In this document: piece after piece, positions 17,143 through 27,956 of the stretch | Position numbering within the stretch: the first letter of the stretch is position 1 | Layout of the letters: each line of letters starts with the position of its first letter | Assembly: GCA_965223265.1 (NCBI GenBank) | Contig: OZ244999.1 | Span: 6,496,001-6,560,000, forward strand | From: Planctomycetota bacterium | GTDB lineage: Bacteria > Planctomycetota > UBA8108 > SXIK01 | Direction of reading: 5' to 3' | DNA length: 64,000 nucleotides | The notes under the pieces: model-generated | Database searches by the model: none | The model's input: the letters and a program-made list of their open reading frames with translations, nothing else | What the model was told of the DNA's origin: nothing | Translations under genes and position numbers: made by a program

Positions 17143-18168
17143 CTAACGCCTACGCCGCAATACATAGTCGCCAAGAAGCTCCAGAGACTCACGCACGTCG
17201 CCAGCGCCTCCGCCGCCGGTCGGCGGAGTTCGGAGCGGACGCCCGACGATCTCTTTGAGTTCCTCCTTCGCGCTGCGGACAAACGCCTCCGCGCGATCCA
17301 AGCATTGATCGATGATGCCGTGCTCGAACACCATCGTTTGGATACGAGCCTCGACTTCAGTCGACAGCGGTCGAGCCAGCTCATCGCGAAGACTCGCTGC
17401 CTCACGACTTGAAACGTTTTCCAACAAATAGATCAGCGGTAAAGTCACCTTGTTCTGGCGTAGATCGCTCCCGAGGCTCTTACCGGCGACGACTTCAGTG
17501 CCGGAATAGTCAAGGCAGTCATCGACGATCTGGAACGCCATGCCGAGGGCGTTTCCAAAGCGGTGCAGTCGATCGCAATCGGGCGCGCCGAAACCGGCCA
17601 GCGTCGCGCCAACGCGACACGCTACGGCGTAGAGAATCGCGGTCTTTTGATGGATGATTTCGAAATAGTGCGTCTCGTCCATCTCCGGCTGAAAACGACT
17701 TTGCAGCTGCAGCAGTTCGCCGGCACAAATGGTCTGGGTGGTCTTCGAGAGCAGCGTCGCCATCCCGTCGACGTGGGTCGATAGATGAAACGCGCGCGAG
17801 TAAATAAAATCACCGATCAGAATCGCGGCCCGTTCACCCCATCGTCGATGCACGGTCTCGAGGTTTCTGCGAATGAGCGCAGCATCCAGTACATCGTCGT
17901 GAACCAAAGTCGCGGTGTGAATCAACTCGATCACTGCGCCGATGCGGATGTGGTCCCGACTGCACTCGTCGCCGTTGAGCCGACCGCAGAGAAACACTAG
18001 GGCCGGACGCAATTGCTTGCCGCGAAATCGAGCGACGTGCTGCAAGATGTCATCGAGAATGTCATCGTCGTGAGCAAACTCGCGACTCAGAAAATCGTCG
18101 AGCGCTCCGAGCTCGCGCCGAATCGGCTCGTAGATCAATTGAAGTTGTGGGCCTGCCTTTATGTCCAT
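17143..18168 (-). CDS. Polyprenyl diphosphate synthase (IspB/HepT-like)
   Basis: GKQLRP, ELIHTATLVHDDVLD (FARM), FQIVDDCLD (SARM). Start ATG 18168. Confidence 0.93.
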   Translation of the reverse strand: MDIKAGPQLQLIYEPIRRELGALDDFLSREFAHDDDILDDILQHVARFRGKQLRPALVFLCGRLNGDECSRDHIRIGAVIELIHTATLVHDDVLDAALIRRNLETVHRRWGERAAILIGDFIYSRAFHLSTHVDGMATLLSKTTQTICAGELLQLQSRFQPEMDETHYFEIIHQKTAILYAVACRVGATLAGFGAPDCDRLHRFGNALGMAFQIVDDCLDYSGTEVVAGKSLGSDLRQNKVTLPLIYLLENVSSREAASLRDELARPLSTEVEARIQTMVFEHGIIDQCLDRAEAFVRSAKEELKEIVGRPLRTPPTGGGGAGDVRESLELLGDYVLRRRR

Positions 18169-18169
18169 T

Positions 18170-19291
18170 TCACACAGCAAGTTGAGACACTTTGTTGGCC
18201 TCGAGTTCGAACGCGGAAGCGACTCCCGCATGGAAGATTCTGCCGGCGTGTACGTTGACGCCTTGGGCGACATCGTCACCCATATCGACAAAACCGCGAA
18301 TCCCGCCGTCAGCTAACATCAAAAGATACGGCAGAGTAGCGTTCGTCAGCGCGAACGTCGAGGTCCTCGCCACCGCGCCTGGCATGTTCGAAACACAGTA
18401 GTGCACGACTCCTTCGTCGACGTAGGTGGGTTCGGTGTGCGTCGTCGGTCGACACGTCTCGATGCAGCCTCCCTGATCGACGGCGACATCTATGATCACC
18501 GAGCCGTCCTTCATCGCCCGAACGTCGGCTCGCGTCACGAGAAGCGGCGCCCGCGCACCGGCGACGAGAACCGCACCAAGCACGATATCGGCTTGGCGCA
18601 CTTTCTTACGAATCAAGAACGGGTTGGAGAAAAGCGTCGTCACGTTCGCCGGCAAGGTATCGTCGAGGTATCGGAGGCGGTCGAGGTTGACGTCGAAAAT
18701 CGTCACTTGCGCCCCAAGCCCGGCGGCAATCAGCGCGGCGTTCTGCCCGACAACACCGCCGCCTAGAATCACGATCTTGGCGGGCTCGACGCCTGGCACG
18801 CCGGAAACCAGCACGCCGCGGCCGCCGAACGGACGTTCCAGATACTTGGCGCCCTCGAGGACGGCCATCCGACCGGCTACCTCGCTCATCGGGGTCAGAA
18901 GTGGCAATCGGCCACGCGCGTCCCGGATCGTCTCGTAGGCCACGCACGTCGCGCCACTTGTCAGCATAGCGTCGGTGAGGGCACGCGACGAGGCGAAGTG
19001 GAAGTACGTGAACAGAATCTGCCCGGCCCGCACGAGCGGGTACTCCGTCGGCTGAGGCTCCTTGACTTTGACAATGATATCGCCTGTCGAATACACCTCC
19101 GCGGCCGAGGAGACGACTTCGGCACCGGCCGAGATGTACTCATCGTCAGGCACGCCGCTGCCGAGGCCAGCGCCAGCCTCGACGACCACGCGATGGCCAC
19201 GCTCGATCAACGCGTGCGCGCCGGAGGGCGCGACCGCAACCCGGTCTTCGTCCTGCTTAATCTCTCTGGGAACTCCGACAACCGTCGGCAT
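18170..19291 (-). CDS. ald: Alanine dehydrogenase
   Basis: GVPREIK, VKVKEP, LPLLTPMSEVAGR, GGGVVG, DVAVDQGGC, NMPGAV. Start ATG 19291. Confidence 0.96.
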   Translation of the reverse strand: MPTVVGVPREIKQDEDRVAVAPSGAHALIERGHRVVVEAGAGLGSGVPDDEYISAGAEVVSSAAEVYSTGDIIVKVKEPQPTEYPLVRAGQILFTYFHFASSRALTDAMLTSGATCVAYETIRDARGRLPLLTPMSEVAGRMAVLEGAKYLERPFGGRGVLVSGVPGVEPAKIVILGGGVVGQNAALIAAGLGAQVTIFDVNLDRLRYLDDTLPANVTTLFSNPFLIRKKVRQADIVLGAVLVAGARAPLLVTRADVRAMKDGSVIIDVAVDQGGCIETCRPTTHTEPTYVDEGVVHYCVSNMPGAVARTSTFALTNATLPYLLMLADGGIRGFVDMGDDVAQGVNVHAGRIFHAGVASAFELEANKVSQLAV

Positions 19292-19577
19292 ACTCTCTTC
19301 CACCCTAAAGCCATCACGTTCGCGATCGAACGTGTCTCGGGGATAGTCCAAGCCGCTCCGCTCGTCCCTTGAACGAGGCTAATTCTTGGCGCACTCCACT
19401 CCAATGACCACCATATCTCATGGACCAGCCGCGCCACCCGCCTCGAGAAGCCACCTCAACAACGGGCGCAGCCGTTGCAATGAGTCTCCACCTCCTAGAC
19501 GTGAAGCGACCGTATAAGTCGTTGCTGTGTAAACCCTTGTCGCGCTATCGGCAAACACTGAGCAGGCGAAAACGTGG

Positions 19578-20234
19578 TCACTGATACAGTCGATTCTCTA
19601 GGATATAGCGCGCAACTTTTGCGGGCACCAAATCCGCGAGCGGTCGACCGGCTCTGACAGCCGCACGCACGTCGGTTGAACTCAGAATCGAAGGGGGCAT
19701 TCTTACGTGATCACGCTCGATTCGCAACAAGTCGGCGCGAGAAAATTGGGGAAAATCGTCGGCCCTCCACGAGATCTCTGCGCCCGGGCGGTTGACGACG
19801 ATCAACCGCGCTAGGGAAAGAATCCGCTGCGGCTGGCGCCACTTGGAGAACTCGGCGAACAGGTCGGCACCGATGATGAAATACAGCGTCGCGTCACCCA
19901 GGCGACGACGCAATTCGGCGAGGGTGTCCACGGTGTAACTCGGGCCCGGACGCTGCAGCTCCAGGTCGTCAGCAACGAACCTCGGCTCCTCCTCGCACGC
20001 GAGCTCAACCATTCGTAGCCGGTGCGCGGCCGGCGCCAGTTCGCCGGTTTTGTGCGGCGGCTGGCGCGCCGGTAGAAAGAGCACGCGGTCCAGGCGACGC
20101 GCTGCCGAGACCGCACGCGCGACGTCCAAGTGACCATAATGTATGGGGTTAAATGAGCCACCCAAAACGCCTACGTGGCCCACTTCAGCGCTGTTTGGAG
20201 CGCCTACGGCGTCGCTCTTTTTGTCTGCAGACAT
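19578..20234 (-). CDS. nadD: Nicotinate-nucleotide adenylyltransferase
   Basis: GGSFNPIHYGH, PPHK, SYTVDTL, FIIGAD, SSTDVR. Start ATG 20234. Confidence 0.95.
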   Translation of the reverse strand: MSADKKSDAVGAPNSAEVGHVGVLGGSFNPIHYGHLDVARAVSAARRLDRVLFLPARQPPHKTGELAPAAHRLRMVELACEEEPRFVADDLELQRPGPSYTVDTLAELRRRLGDATLYFIIGADLFAEFSKWRQPQRILSLARLIVVNRPGAEISWRADDFPQFSRADLLRIERDHVRMPPSILSSTDVRAAVRAGRPLADLVPAKVARYILENRLYQ

Positions 20235-20284
20235 GAAATCCGTCCGGTCAGGCCAGGGTGAAACGGACCAACTCGAGAGTAGGA

Positions 20285-20477
20285 CCCCAACGCCTGCAAA
20301 AAAATGGCGAGTAAGAACGGAGAAGAGTGCGTCAGTAGCGGCGTTTGAGACGTGGCGGCACGCGGAGCGTACTTCACTGTACATGAGCATTGCGGACGCG
20401 GTTCGAACGTCGCTAATGGCGTGCTATTCACCGAGCCGAAGGCGTTTCTTGCCGTCATTTTTTTGCAGGCGTTGGGG
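20285..20477. mobile_element. 193-bp MITE (non-autonomous insertion element)
   Basis: Perfect 22-bp terminal inverted repeats CCCCAACGCCTGCAAAAAAATG (20285-20306 and 20456-20477), flanked by direct repeat TAGGA (20280-20284 and 20478-20482). No transposase ORF. Confidence 0.85.
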
Positions 20478-20547
20478 TAGGAATCACCGGGATGCACGGA
20501 CTCGGCCGGCTGTGGCGACGCGCCAACACCGACGGCAACGCGGCAGT

Positions 20548-21849
20548 TCACGGGTGGGTTCGGTAGAGAGTGCGCGGGAACGGAATGCACTCGCGGACGT
20601 GGTCGGTGCCGCAAAGCCAGGCGACCGTCCTCTCGAGTCCAAGACCGAAACCGGCGTGCGGGACAGAGCCATAGCGCCGCAGATCGAGAAACCACTGCAG
20701 AGGCTCGCGCGCCACCTCGTGTTCGTCGAGGCGAGCTTCCAGCACGTCGAGATCGTCCTCCCGCTGCCCACCGCCGATGATTTCACCGACGCCCTCGGGG
20801 GCCAGCATGTCGACGCACAATGCGCGCGACAGATTCTCGGGATCACGTTTCATGTAAAAAGCCTTCACCGCGGCCGGATAGCGATGGACGAGGACCGGGC
20901 GATCAAACTTCGCCGACAATGCAGTCTCCGCTGGTGCACCAAAGTCGTCTTCGTCGGCATGTTCAACCCCCTGACCGCGAACGACCTCGACGGCTTCATC
21001 ATAAGTCAGGCGAGGAAATGGCCCCTTGACGCACTTCAACGCTTCCACATCACGATTGAGCGTCGCCAGCTCCTCCTGGCAGTGACTCAGAACGTGCGAG
21101 ACGATGGCGACGACGAAGTCCTCCGCGAGTTGCATGATATCGTCCAGGTCAGCGAACGCCACCTCTGGCTCGACCATCCAGAACTCAGTGAGATGGCGGC
21201 GCGTCTTCGACTTCTCAGCGCGAAACGTCGGCCCAAAACAGTAGACTTTGCCGTAAGCGAGTGCAGCCGCTTCCATGTAGAGCTGCCCACTCTGGGTCAA
21301 GAAACATTCGTCGTCGAAGTAGTTGACTCGGAAAAGTGTCGTCGTGCCTTCGCAGGCGTTGGGCGTGAAAATGGGTGCATCGACACAGAGAAAACCTCGA
21401 GCGTGAAAGAAACTGCGGATTGCGGTGATGGCGGCGTCACGAACCCTCATAGTGGCTTGAACCTTGCGGGACCGCAGCCAGAGGTGACGATGTGACAGCA
21501 AGAAGTCGACCCCGTGAGCCTGGTTGGCAATCGGGTACTCGCTTTCAGGTTGGTGGACAACCTCAACATCATGTGCCGTCAGCTCGACTCCTCCAGGAGC
21601 CCGAGCGTCCTCGCGGACGACGCCTCGCAGCGCCAAAGACGTCTCGAAAGGCAGAGTGCTGCAGCGTTCGAACACCTCGGGCGGGGCGTCACTCACGCCC
21701 ATGACGGCTTGTACGGATCCACTGCCATCACGAACCACGAGGAAGTGGATCTTACCCTTCGAGCGCCGCTTGGTGAGCCACCCGCGCACCACGACCTCCT
21801 CCCCGATGTGCGATGCCAAGTCCTTCACCCGAACTTCAGATCCATCCAT
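20548..21849 (-). CDS. asnS: Asparagine--tRNA ligase
   Basis: OB-fold N-terminus, LTQSGQLY, GPTFRAEKSKTRRHLTEFWMVEPE, GSVPHAGFGLGLER. Confidence 0.95.
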   Translation of the reverse strand: MDGSEVRVKDLASHIGEEVVVRGWLTKRRSKGKIHFLVVRDGSGSVQAVMGVSDAPPEVFERCSTLPFETSLALRGVVREDARAPGGVELTAHDVEVVHQPESEYPIANQAHGVDFLLSHRHLWLRSRKVQATMRVRDAAITAIRSFFHARGFLCVDAPIFTPNACEGTTTLFRVNYFDDECFLTQSGQLYMEAAALAYGKVYCFGPTFRAEKSKTRRHLTEFWMVEPEVAFADLDDIMQLAEDFVVAIVSHVLSHCQEELATLNRDVEALKCVKGPFPRLTYDEAVEVVRGQGVEHADEDDFGAPAETALSAKFDRPVLVHRYPAAVKAFYMKRDPENLSRALCVDMLAPEGVGEIIGGGQREDDLDVLEARLDEHEVAREPLQWFLDLRRYGSVPHAGFGLGLERTVAWLCGTDHVRECIPFPRTLYRTHP

Positions 21850-22089
21850 ACGGCGAATGCTCCCCTCTGTTCGCGTTGTCAGTTGTTCGCCCTCGTTTCG
21901 TTCGATGGCACCCGACCGTTGGGGGCGGCAACTGGCCGCCCCAACGGCGACGAAAACCTGCCTGTGCTATAGAGGTTCGGGAACCGGTTGTCGAGCCCCG
22001 AGGCGGCGATCGCCGTCCGACACCGCGAACGAGAGCCGGCGGACACCGGCGCGCGGGGACTCCGGCCTTGTCGCTGTGCTAGTTTCCGT

Positions 22090-22118
22090 TTGGCCGGGTT
22101 CATCGCGCCAGGTATAAT
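22090..22118 (+). promoter_or_regulatory. Sigma70-type promoter upstream of the dockerin-protein pair
   Basis: TTGGCC-17 bp-TATAAT. Confidence 0.55.
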
Positions 22119-22512
22119 CGTCGTGGGTTGAAGGCGGCCGACTGGCCGCCCTTGGGTCCTGCCCCAAGTTGAGTTCCATCAGCGCCTTACGTTAGACACC
22201 GAGAACCGCGTCAGTGTAGAGCGACGCCGATTCGCCGGGCCTCGACGAGTCGTTACAGACTCGACGAGCTGACAGCAAGACGCGATCATGTTCGGTTCGG
22301 CCGCAGGGCACGCTCACCGCGTGTCGACGGCTGGCCTTTGATTCTTTCGTCATTCTGATTGCCTTATCGCTGTTTGGCTTTTGAGAGGGAGGCGCTTGCG
22401 TCACCCTTCGGAGCTTCGTCTGGGTGTTTCGCCTGCTAGCGAGACGCTCTATACAAACATTGGGGTCTGGCGGTTGTTGTGGGAGCAGCGGGAATCCCCG
22501 CGAGGAGAAGAA

Positions 22513-24642
22513 ATGATTTTCCGGCCGAATCGCATCCAACATCGACGCGGGCGTGTCGTTGGGAGTTTGCTGTTCGTGTTGGTCAGTGCCTTCACGTCGG
22601 TCTCGGCGGATAACGGCGACGTGCAGCGCGTCTCGGACGTGCTCCAATCGAAGACACCCACCGACTTGGCCTTCAGCGACAGTTCACTATGGGTGGCAAC
22701 CCGTAACGACGGCAAACTCCATCGTGTCGATCTGTCGCTCCAAAGCGTGCAGACGACGATCGACAACCCACACGGGGTCGGATCGATCCCCAATCTCGTG
22801 CTCACGTGGGGAATCGCGTCTCGCCCGAGCGGGGCGTTGTTCGTTCTGGCGCAGGATGGCGCTGTGTGGGCGGTGCGAGAAGTCACGACCGCCGGCACCG
22901 AAGTCGGCAGCTTCAACCTCGTGCCGCCGGACTCCGACGCCAATCGATTCCGCGGTTTGACGTTCGACCCGACAAACAATCACCTTTGGAGTCTCGAGAC
23001 CAACCGTGACGAGATCGTCCGGTTCAATCTTTCTGGCAGCGCTGTCGAGTCGCTGGCCCTCCCCGGGGGCAATGCGGTGCTGAGAGGCGAAGGCGTCGCG
23101 ATCTTCGAAACTGGGGCCGGGCATCGGCTATACGCAGCCCACGGTGACATCTTCCGTAGTGGTCCGACCTCTCTCTTGCAGCTGACCATGGCCGGTGAGG
23201 TGACGGGATTCGTCGTGCCTCTCCTGGAGGTGCCTGGCATCGTTTCGTACGGCTTCGAGATGTATCAAGCCGGCGCCCAAACCAGGGCCGTCGTGATCAA
23301 CGGTGACGGTCAATTGATCGAGATCGAGCATTCGATCCCGTCGATCGCGCCGCCGTCGCAGCTCGCATGCACGCTGACCGCGGCGAACAATATCGTCCTC
23401 ACATGGACGAATCATGGTTCCGGCGCTGGCGGCAACTACTCTCAGAGCCTCACAGTTGCGCGTGACGGAGCTCCGATCGCGACGGTCTCGGGGACGACGA
23501 CTTCTTTTGTCGACACAACTCCGCAGGAGGGGCCGGCATCCTACACTGTTGGGGTCGCGGAATCTAGCGCCTCCAGCCTGCCGTGCACGGCTACTGTCGG
23601 AACCGGAGGTCTCATCGCTTGGACAAGCTTTGGCGGGGTCAAGCCGTACGACATCACTCGCAACCCGGTCACAGGCGAACTCCTCATCACCGACGATCCC
23701 GGTGTTCTCGGCGACGGTCGGATCTTCCGTTACAACAGCGATCTCGAATTGTTGGGAGAGATCCCAAGTCCATTCACTGACCCAGGCGCGATCACCTACG
23801 TCGAATCGATCGACGTGCCGACATTTCAGGTCGACCCGCCGTTCGTGACGCTGGAAGACGTGATCGCCGTCGGTCGCCAGTCGACGCCGCAGGTCTCCCT
23901 GATCGAGCCCGATGGCAACGTGCTGACGACTCTGACCCTAGAGATTCCAGGTTCTCCGTCTCGGGTCGGAGGATTGACCTACATCGCCGCAGAACAGAAA
24001 TTCATCTGCATTGAGATGGAATCGCGGGAGATCATGACGTTCAGCGGTTCCGGCCAACTACTTGACACTTGTTTTCCCAAAGGGACACTCCCTCCCCTGC
24101 CGCTTGAAGAGACGCTCGAGCTCGGAGTGACCTACGACCACAACCAGGCCACGCTCCTTGCGGGTTTCGACGACGGCGAGGTGCGTGAACTCTTTCCGGA
24201 CGCCGACGCCCAAGGCGGTTGTGTAGCAACCACGTTCTCGTTCTCGCTTTCGAGTCTTGGCGATCAATTCAACACGAACGACTTTTTCAGCGGCTTTGAA
24301 ATTGTTGACAACACATTGGTCATCGGTGGACGCGATTCGAACGCGATTTTCCAGGTCCTCATGCACCCGTTCACGAATGCGTTCCGTCGAGGCGACGCAG
24401 ACCGAGATGGCTCCATCGACTTAAATGATGCGGTTCGCGTCGCGAACTATCTGTTCAAGGACGGGGCACTCACGATCACATGCCTCGACGCTGCCGACGT
24501 CAACGACGATGGAATCCTCGACGTCTCTGACCCTATTTATCTTCTCTTCCACCTGTTCAGGCAGGGTCCGGCACCGCCAGCGCCTTACAACGCCGAGGGC
24601 AGCGACCCCACGTTTCGTGACAATCTTGGCTGTGCCAGTTAG
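22513..24642 (+). CDS. Secreted beta-propeller/Fn3-like protein with C-terminal dockerin-like domain
   Basis: GAGGAG RBS, signal peptide, propeller-like repeats, PPSQL.C..LTWTN Fn3-like segment and C-terminal FRRGDADRDG..CLDAADVNDDG..DPT..LGC. Confidence 0.75.
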   Translation: MIFRPNRIQHRRGRVVGSLLFVLVSAFTSVSADNGDVQRVSDVLQSKTPTDLAFSDSSLWVATRNDGKLHRVDLSLQSVQTTIDNPHGVGSIPNLVLTWGIASRPSGALFVLAQDGAVWAVREVTTAGTEVGSFNLVPPDSDANRFRGLTFDPTNNHLWSLETNRDEIVRFNLSGSAVESLALPGGNAVLRGEGVAIFETGAGHRLYAAHGDIFRSGPTSLLQLTMAGEVTGFVVPLLEVPGIVSYGFEMYQAGAQTRAVVINGDGQLIEIEHSIPSIAPPSQLACTLTAANNIVLTWTNHGSGAGGNYSQSLTVARDGAPIATVSGTTTSFVDTTPQEGPASYTVGVAESSASSLPCTATVGTGGLIAWTSFGGVKPYDITRNPVTGELLITDDPGVLGDGRIFRYNSDLELLGEIPSPFTDPGAITYVESIDVPTFQVDPPFVTLEDVIAVGRQSTPQVSLIEPDGNVLTTLTLEIPGSPSRVGGLTYIAAEQKFICIEMESREIMTFSGSGQLLDTCFPKGTLPPLPLEETLELGVTYDHNQATLLAGFDDGEVRELFPDADAQGGCVATTFSFSLSSLGDQFNTNDFFSGFEIVDNTLVIGGRDSNAIFQVLMHPFTNAFRRGDADRDGSIDLNDAVRVANYLFKDGALTITCLDAADVNDDGILDVSDPIYLLFHLFRQGPAPPAPYNAEGSDPTFRDNLGCAS

Positions 24643-24657
24643 AGGGAGAGCAAAGCG

Positions 24658-26292
24658 ATGTTACTCATGAACACGAGAACTACACGAAAGACCCCGTCAC
24701 GTTGGCTCTGCGCTCTCCTGCTGTTGGCGGCCACCGCGCCACTCGCGGCACAGGGCACGATTCGTATGGGAACCGCGGAAGGAGACGCCGGCCAGCGAGG
24801 CATCCACGTGATCATCACGGCGTCCCATGACGTGACCCTTCACGGCTACTCGGTAGCGTTTACGTACCCAGCGGACGTTCTGACGTTGACGCGAGTCTCC
24901 ACCGCTGGAACCGACGCGTCGGCCCTCGACCCAGACTTCGTCGGCTCGACGCTCGACAATCAAGGTGGGCTGGGAAGCATGGGCGTGATCTTCGACCTCT
25001 CCGATGGTGCGGGCGTCGTCGAACTTGACCCGCCGGCGGCGAGCGCGACGAACATCATCGCGCGCCTCACTTTCGACGTTAATTCCGGTGCGGAGGGCGG
25101 GGTCTATCCGCTCGCGTTGGTCGATGGCATTGGCAACCCGGCCAAGTTCAACCGTCTGAGCCACCTGGGTACAAGCCTTGTCCCAGAGCTCGTCGACGGC
25201 GAGTTCATCGTCAGCGGCACCGGCAACACCGTGCGCCTTGAAAAGCGACAAGCGATCGCAGGCGCGACTCCCAACTTGCCGATTTTCGCTTCGGCGCAGC
25301 ACTCCGATCCACTGGACGGGTTTCAGATCGCTTTCACGTACGACAAACGAGCGCTCACGCTCAACGACGCCACCTACGCTGGCACTGCGCTCGACTTCGA
25401 GCTCGGCCGGTCCGGGCTCATTGAACTCTTCAGTTTCGAGATCAAAGACGACCTAGACCCAATCTTCAACCGCGCCACTCTCGCCGTTCTGTTCGACTTC
25501 AACTTCCCGTTCGACTCGCAGCAACTCTCGCCGAATCCTGACGCCCCGGAGAATCAGACGCTGATTCGATACAACTTCAACGTCAAGGACTTCGCCGATG
25601 ATGAACGGCAATGGCAAGAGCTCTTCATGGACGAGATCAATGTCCCAGGCATCCTCACGACGCGCATGATTTTCGGCGATCGCAGCGTCCAGCCGACGCT
25701 CGATCACGGCAAGATCTACTTTTCAACCGGCACTCTGCGGGGGCGTGTAGTTGACGCCAAGACCGGCCAAGCTCTCAGCGGTGTTTCCGTCAAGACGTCG
25801 CCAGACAATCTCGCGGTAACGACCAACGGCAGCGGCGAGTACACGTTCAACAACATTCCACCGGGAGTGTACTCCTTGCTGCTCACGAGCCCTATCTACT
25901 ACGCCGCGCGTTTGGACGAGGTCATCGTCGTCGGCAACTCACAGACAACTCAGGCCGACGACGTCTCGATGCATAAGGTTCCGCCAGCGGTGCAGCGGCC
26001 TTTCGTACGCTCGTTTATCAATGACGACGAGACGTTAGACCTCTCCGATCCGATTTTCTTGCTCAACTTCCTCTTTCAAGGCACGGAGACGCCGCAGTGT
26101 CTGGATGCCGGAGACGTCAACGACGACAACGCCCTCGACATCTCCGACGGCATCTTTCTCCTGACATTCTTATTCGTCGAAGGGGGTTCGGAGCCGCCGC
26201 CGCCGTTCTCGTTCGACCGCTCCGGTTGCACGCTTGACCCAACGCCAGGCCCATCACCGCTCGGCTGCGAGTTTTTCAGCTGCGACGACTAG
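24658..26292 (+). CDS. Secreted protein with two cohesin-like domains, a carboxypeptidase-regulatory-like domain and a dockerin-like domain
   Basis: Signal peptide (APLAAQ), two related beta-rich repeats (GYSVAFTY / GFQIAFTY), GTLRGRVVDAKTG..TNGSGEYTF.NIPPGVY, and CLDAGDVNDD..DPT..LGC. Confidence 0.7.
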   Translation: MLLMNTRTTRKTPSRWLCALLLLAATAPLAAQGTIRMGTAEGDAGQRGIHVIITASHDVTLHGYSVAFTYPADVLTLTRVSTAGTDASALDPDFVGSTLDNQGGLGSMGVIFDLSDGAGVVELDPPAASATNIIARLTFDVNSGAEGGVYPLALVDGIGNPAKFNRLSHLGTSLVPELVDGEFIVSGTGNTVRLEKRQAIAGATPNLPIFASAQHSDPLDGFQIAFTYDKRALTLNDATYAGTALDFELGRSGLIELFSFEIKDDLDPIFNRATLAVLFDFNFPFDSQQLSPNPDAPENQTLIRYNFNVKDFADDERQWQELFMDEINVPGILTTRMIFGDRSVQPTLDHGKIYFSTGTLRGRVVDAKTGQALSGVSVKTSPDNLAVTTNGSGEYTFNNIPPGVYSLLLTSPIYYAARLDEVIVVGNSQTTQADDVSMHKVPPAVQRPFVRSFINDDETLDLSDPIFLLNFLFQGTETPQCLDAGDVNDDNALDISDGIFLLTFLFVEGGSEPPPPFSFDRSGCTLDPTPGPSPLGCEFFSCDD

Positions 26293-26368
26293 CGCTTAGC
26301 TTAGCCTCGAGTTAGCAGCCTGTTGAAAAGGTGCTTCGAGTCCGCCGAATGACTTTTATTGTGGCGTA

Positions 26369-26415
26369 TCCTTGCGGGCTTGGCGCGAAAAAGAGTCGCG
26401 CCAAGCCCGCAAGGA
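26369..26415. repeat. Perfect 20-bp inverted repeat between convergent genes (possible bidirectional terminator or REP element)
   Basis: TCCTTGCGGGCTTGGCGCGA-7 nt-TCGCGCCAAGCCCGCAAGGA. Confidence 0.8.
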
Positions 26416-26531
26416 CACAGACAAGTCAGGAAAACAGCAGGAACACGGCCGCCGTCGACGCGACTCGACCGGGATCGACCCAAGAAGCGCTGCACGGGGT
26501 AGCGCTCGACGCGAACTGGCGAAACGCGAAA

Positions 26532-27698
<1,167 letters not shown>

Positions 27699-27956
27699 GT
27701 CTCTTTCCTCAAACGAATGAAGGATCACCCGCGGAGCACTAGTGTCAGCCGCATTTTCACAACTCCTTGGCGAGTCACGGTAAGTGGCGTCACACAGGGT
27801 AGGAAGAGCGTTCGAACAACCATCGAATCGCCGCGCCTGGCAGGCCAACGAAACCGGAAGCCGAAAGCGCGACTTACAGCGTCGCAACAAGTTGTGAGAA
27901 ATGCGGGTTGGTTCGACTCGAAGAACTTCCCGCGGCGAATTGAAAGCGGGATTCTA

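Noticed and set aside
27699-27956. SAM-I riboswitch upstream of metK
   Set aside because: The conserved ATC..GAG, GCAACC and GTGC..GAT elements were not found on the minus strand.
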